Positions 61,096-64,000 of a stretch of 64,000 nucleotides of DNA are shown here, in pieces (position 1 is the first letter of the stretch; each line of letters opens with the position of its first letter). The DNA is from Selaginella moellendorffii (taxonomy: Eukaryota; Plantae; Lycopodiophyta): contig NW_003314269.1 of assembly GCF_000143415.4 (NCBI RefSeq), forward strand, positions 1,929,544 through 1,993,543, in the 5' to 3' direction. The position numbers were made by a program, and so were the translations under genes. The notes under the pieces were generated by a model. The model saw only the letters and a list, made by a program, of their open reading frames with translations. It had not been told where the DNA came from and did not search any database.

Positions 61096-64000
61096 TCACG
61101 CCAATGCGGCCTTCACAGTGAGTGGTATTCTAACTTTGTGCTTGTAGTTCTTCCAGGTGAGAGATCCAAACACGTAGTCCTTGCGTGGCATCGTTGCATT
61201 AAAAGTAACGTTGAAAGCTAGAGTCTGGCCCGCTTGAGTAAAGGCGAGCTCGGACGGCTCGACACTCACGGACACGCCCTCCGGAGCTTCGATCTTGGGC
61301 CAATACGTCGACACGCAATCCCCGACATTGGTCACGAACCGGGTCACAGTTTTCACCCCTGTCAAGTTGGACAGAGTGATGCTGGGGAGATTGAGAGCGC
61401 TCGCCGGCTGCGCCACTGTGCTGCAATCTATCCCCTGCTTGCCGGTGATGAGCGCGACGGCGACCGAATCATACATGTCGCACAGGAACGCGATGTAGTC
61501 GCTCTCGGATACGTCGTAGATCAGGCCCGGGTGTGCTGCCGCATTGGGATCGACGTGACCGCTTCCAAAGTGGAAAGGCGTGGCTCTCTCCAGAGCGTTG
61601 GTGAGAATGTGATTTTTCTTGTTGTCCACCACGGTTGCTGTTATCACGAGAATTGAGTGAGATTCTTATATCATCTTGGAACTCTGTAGTAGCATACCTG
61701 TGGTGCTCAGTGCTGATCTGATGGCCGCGGGACTCCACTCTGGGTGATAAGCTTTGAGCAGAGCGATCATTCCCGCGACATGGGGACACGACATGGATGT
61801 TCCAGACATGCTTCCATAGCTCCCGTCTCCGCTGGCTGGGCTGATCGCTGCTATGATGTCTACTCCCGGAGCAGTGATATCCGGCTGCGTAACAGGAGCC
61901 ACAGTCACTAAGCAATTGGAGAGATCTCGAGTATCTTACCTTGAGCACGTCCGGAACAACGACGTTTGGACCTGGAGATGAAAACGCTGCCATGACAGGA
62001 GCCTTTACACCTGACATTGTAACTGGAGGGGTGATATAAGCTGTTGGATGCCTGCGTAAAGAAAACAGTCAGCTTGGAAGAAGGAAGCTTTACGTACTCG
62101 GAAGCGTTGATGTACGAGAAGATTGCTGCGCCATCAGTATAAGTAACATGAACCGTAGGCACGAAATGGTCATCGGCCAGAATTTCGTTTCCTTCAGCCG
62201 GTCCGTTGCAAAGGATCATTCCAACACCACCAGCCAAGAGGACATTATGGCCCTTGTCAACGCGACTGTTTTCACCGCGCAAACAAGCCACTATCTTGCC
62301 TCTCACCTTCTCGGGATCCAAGGAACCCACCACACACAACTCGCTGCAATCCAAAAGGACGTCAAGAATCAGTGCTGCCTTTCAAAGAACTGAAACAAAA
62401 AAAAGCTTTACCTGCGCGATGAATTTGAAGTTGGTGCAAAGGCATCCTTGCTTGCAATGAGCGGGTACTGCCACGGCTTAAGCTCTTTGTAAGAGATCGA
62501 CTCACCCTGTAGAAAAGCAAACGTAAAAACCACGATCGATCGAAACATAAGTTCGTCACCTTGTACACTGCACCATTCCCAAGCACAGCGCTCGAGGAGA
62601 AGTTCCTGTCCAGGGTACTAGCAGCCACCGTGACGATCCACGGCGCAAGGTTGGAAACCACCCCGAGCGTCGGCCCGGCGTTACCGCCCGAGGCAACCAC
62701 GGGGATCCCTCGCTGGACAGCGTGGAAGGCGCCAACTGCTATCGCGTCGGAGAAAAATTCCCCTGGATCTCCCCCTAGAGAAAGCGTCATCAAGTCCACT
62801 CCATCTTCGATGGCCTGATCCATGGCGGCAAGGATGTCGACCTCGCTGCAGCCTAGAGGCCAGCAAACTTTGTAGATTCCCAGCCTCGCGAACGGCGCCC
62901 CTCCCTTGGCCGTCCCATTACCATAGCCATGCAGACTAACGTTTGGCACAAATCGTCCAGCGGCCGTGGAGGCGGTGTGCGAGCCGTGTCCTTCCTTGTC
63001 CCTGGCCGAGAAGAAGTCTCCGGCCGCGGAGATGTTTTCGGCCCTCATGCCTTTGTAATAGTATCGAGCGCCGATGATTTTCCTGTGAGAAGAAACATAA
63101 AGAGTCTAGTTTCTCGATCCTGGAGTTTGTAGCTCACCTGTTACATAGCGTGGAGTTGAAAGCTTGGCCGGCTTGACAGATTCCTCGCCACCGGCTGGGA
63201 ACCGGACCCATTCCTTCATCGGAGAAGCTCTCGGACTCCGGCCACACTCCTGGCAATCGACATGATATTCATTAAGATCCTAGAGATCTAGAAATGAAAA
63301 TTTCAATGGAATGCCAAGAACAAGACAAAGGAAAAAGATCAACTTCGAAAGTGCAAACAAGGAAGATCAAGATGGAACAAGACGAAGGAAAAGATCGAGA
63401 GCAAACAAGAGATCTTACAAGACGAATGAGATCCAAGAGAAGATCGAGATAGAAGAATGCGAGAACCTTACCAGTGTCAAGCGAGCCGATGATAACATCC
63501 TTGCCATAATCCGTGTTCTTCCACAGCGATCCGCCCACCCTGGACAAGGAATGCTTCCTCCCGCGGCGATCCACGGACAAGCCTAGGAAATCCCACGACG
63601 CAGTCGTGTGGAGCTTTGAGATGCCACTGGGGAAGACGGAAATCACGCCCGGGAGACCTGGATTTCCAAGAAAACAAGAACAAGAGAGAGTTGGATCGCT
63701 CCAATAGCGCCGGCGCTAATTACCAGAAATGCGATCGACCTGCTCGTCCGTGAGCTTGGCCGCGAATCCACTGAAAGCGTGCTTGTAGGAATAAATGAGC
63801 GCCTCGCTCGCGTCCTCACTGTTCCATCCAAATCATAATTTAGGGTTCCAATGCCAACTTTGTTTGTGTAGCCAAGGAAAACTCCCTCCTAAGATCGACT
63901 CGATAAACTTTTTTCGATCTTACCTTCCAATTGTTTCCGCGAGAAGCGACGAGTGCGACTCCGCGATCGCGTCCGGATGCAACTCCGGGTCCGAATGCCC
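61096..64000 (-). CDS. Subtilisin-like serine protease (S8), 5' end outside the window
   Basis: LHTTASW; SLDTG; HGSHTAS; GGNAGP; PA domain; GTSMSCPH; Fn3 tail ending VKAALA*. Confidence 0.94.

Overview
Eukaryotic, gene-dense land-plant DNA with very short (~50-65 bp) introns. Axonemal dynein, WDR92, PLS-class PPR genes, RBOH and a cyanobacterial-type peptidoglycan peptidase together point to a non-seed plant with flagellated sperm, most likely the lycophyte Selaginella (inference). Gene order: 3' part of an M23/LytM peptidase missed by the ORF track; AT-rich decayed tract; intronless SCP/FCP1-like phosphatase; RBOH; then a ~2.3-kb RBOH/PPR direct duplication. Its two copies flank ~7.9 kb of inserted DNA holding an orphan 5-exon gene with a possible Crinkler-type header and a GC-rich insertion with a complete 5S-rRNA-bearing Cassandra TRIM and a 6-/12-mer satellite. 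A hAT MITE sits in the second RBOH copy. Downstream are PPR, PPR, ALY, MRT4, WDR92, PPR, CAP-H2, a 15-kb inner-arm dynein heavy chain, an intronless P-loop NTPase + restriction-endonuclease-fold + Zn-finger gene of Crinkler/RHS type, quinone oxidoreductase, FLP-like MYB, RF298-like RING E3, subtilase, SDR and a second subtilase. All assignments come from manual translation and motif recognition; no database search was run.
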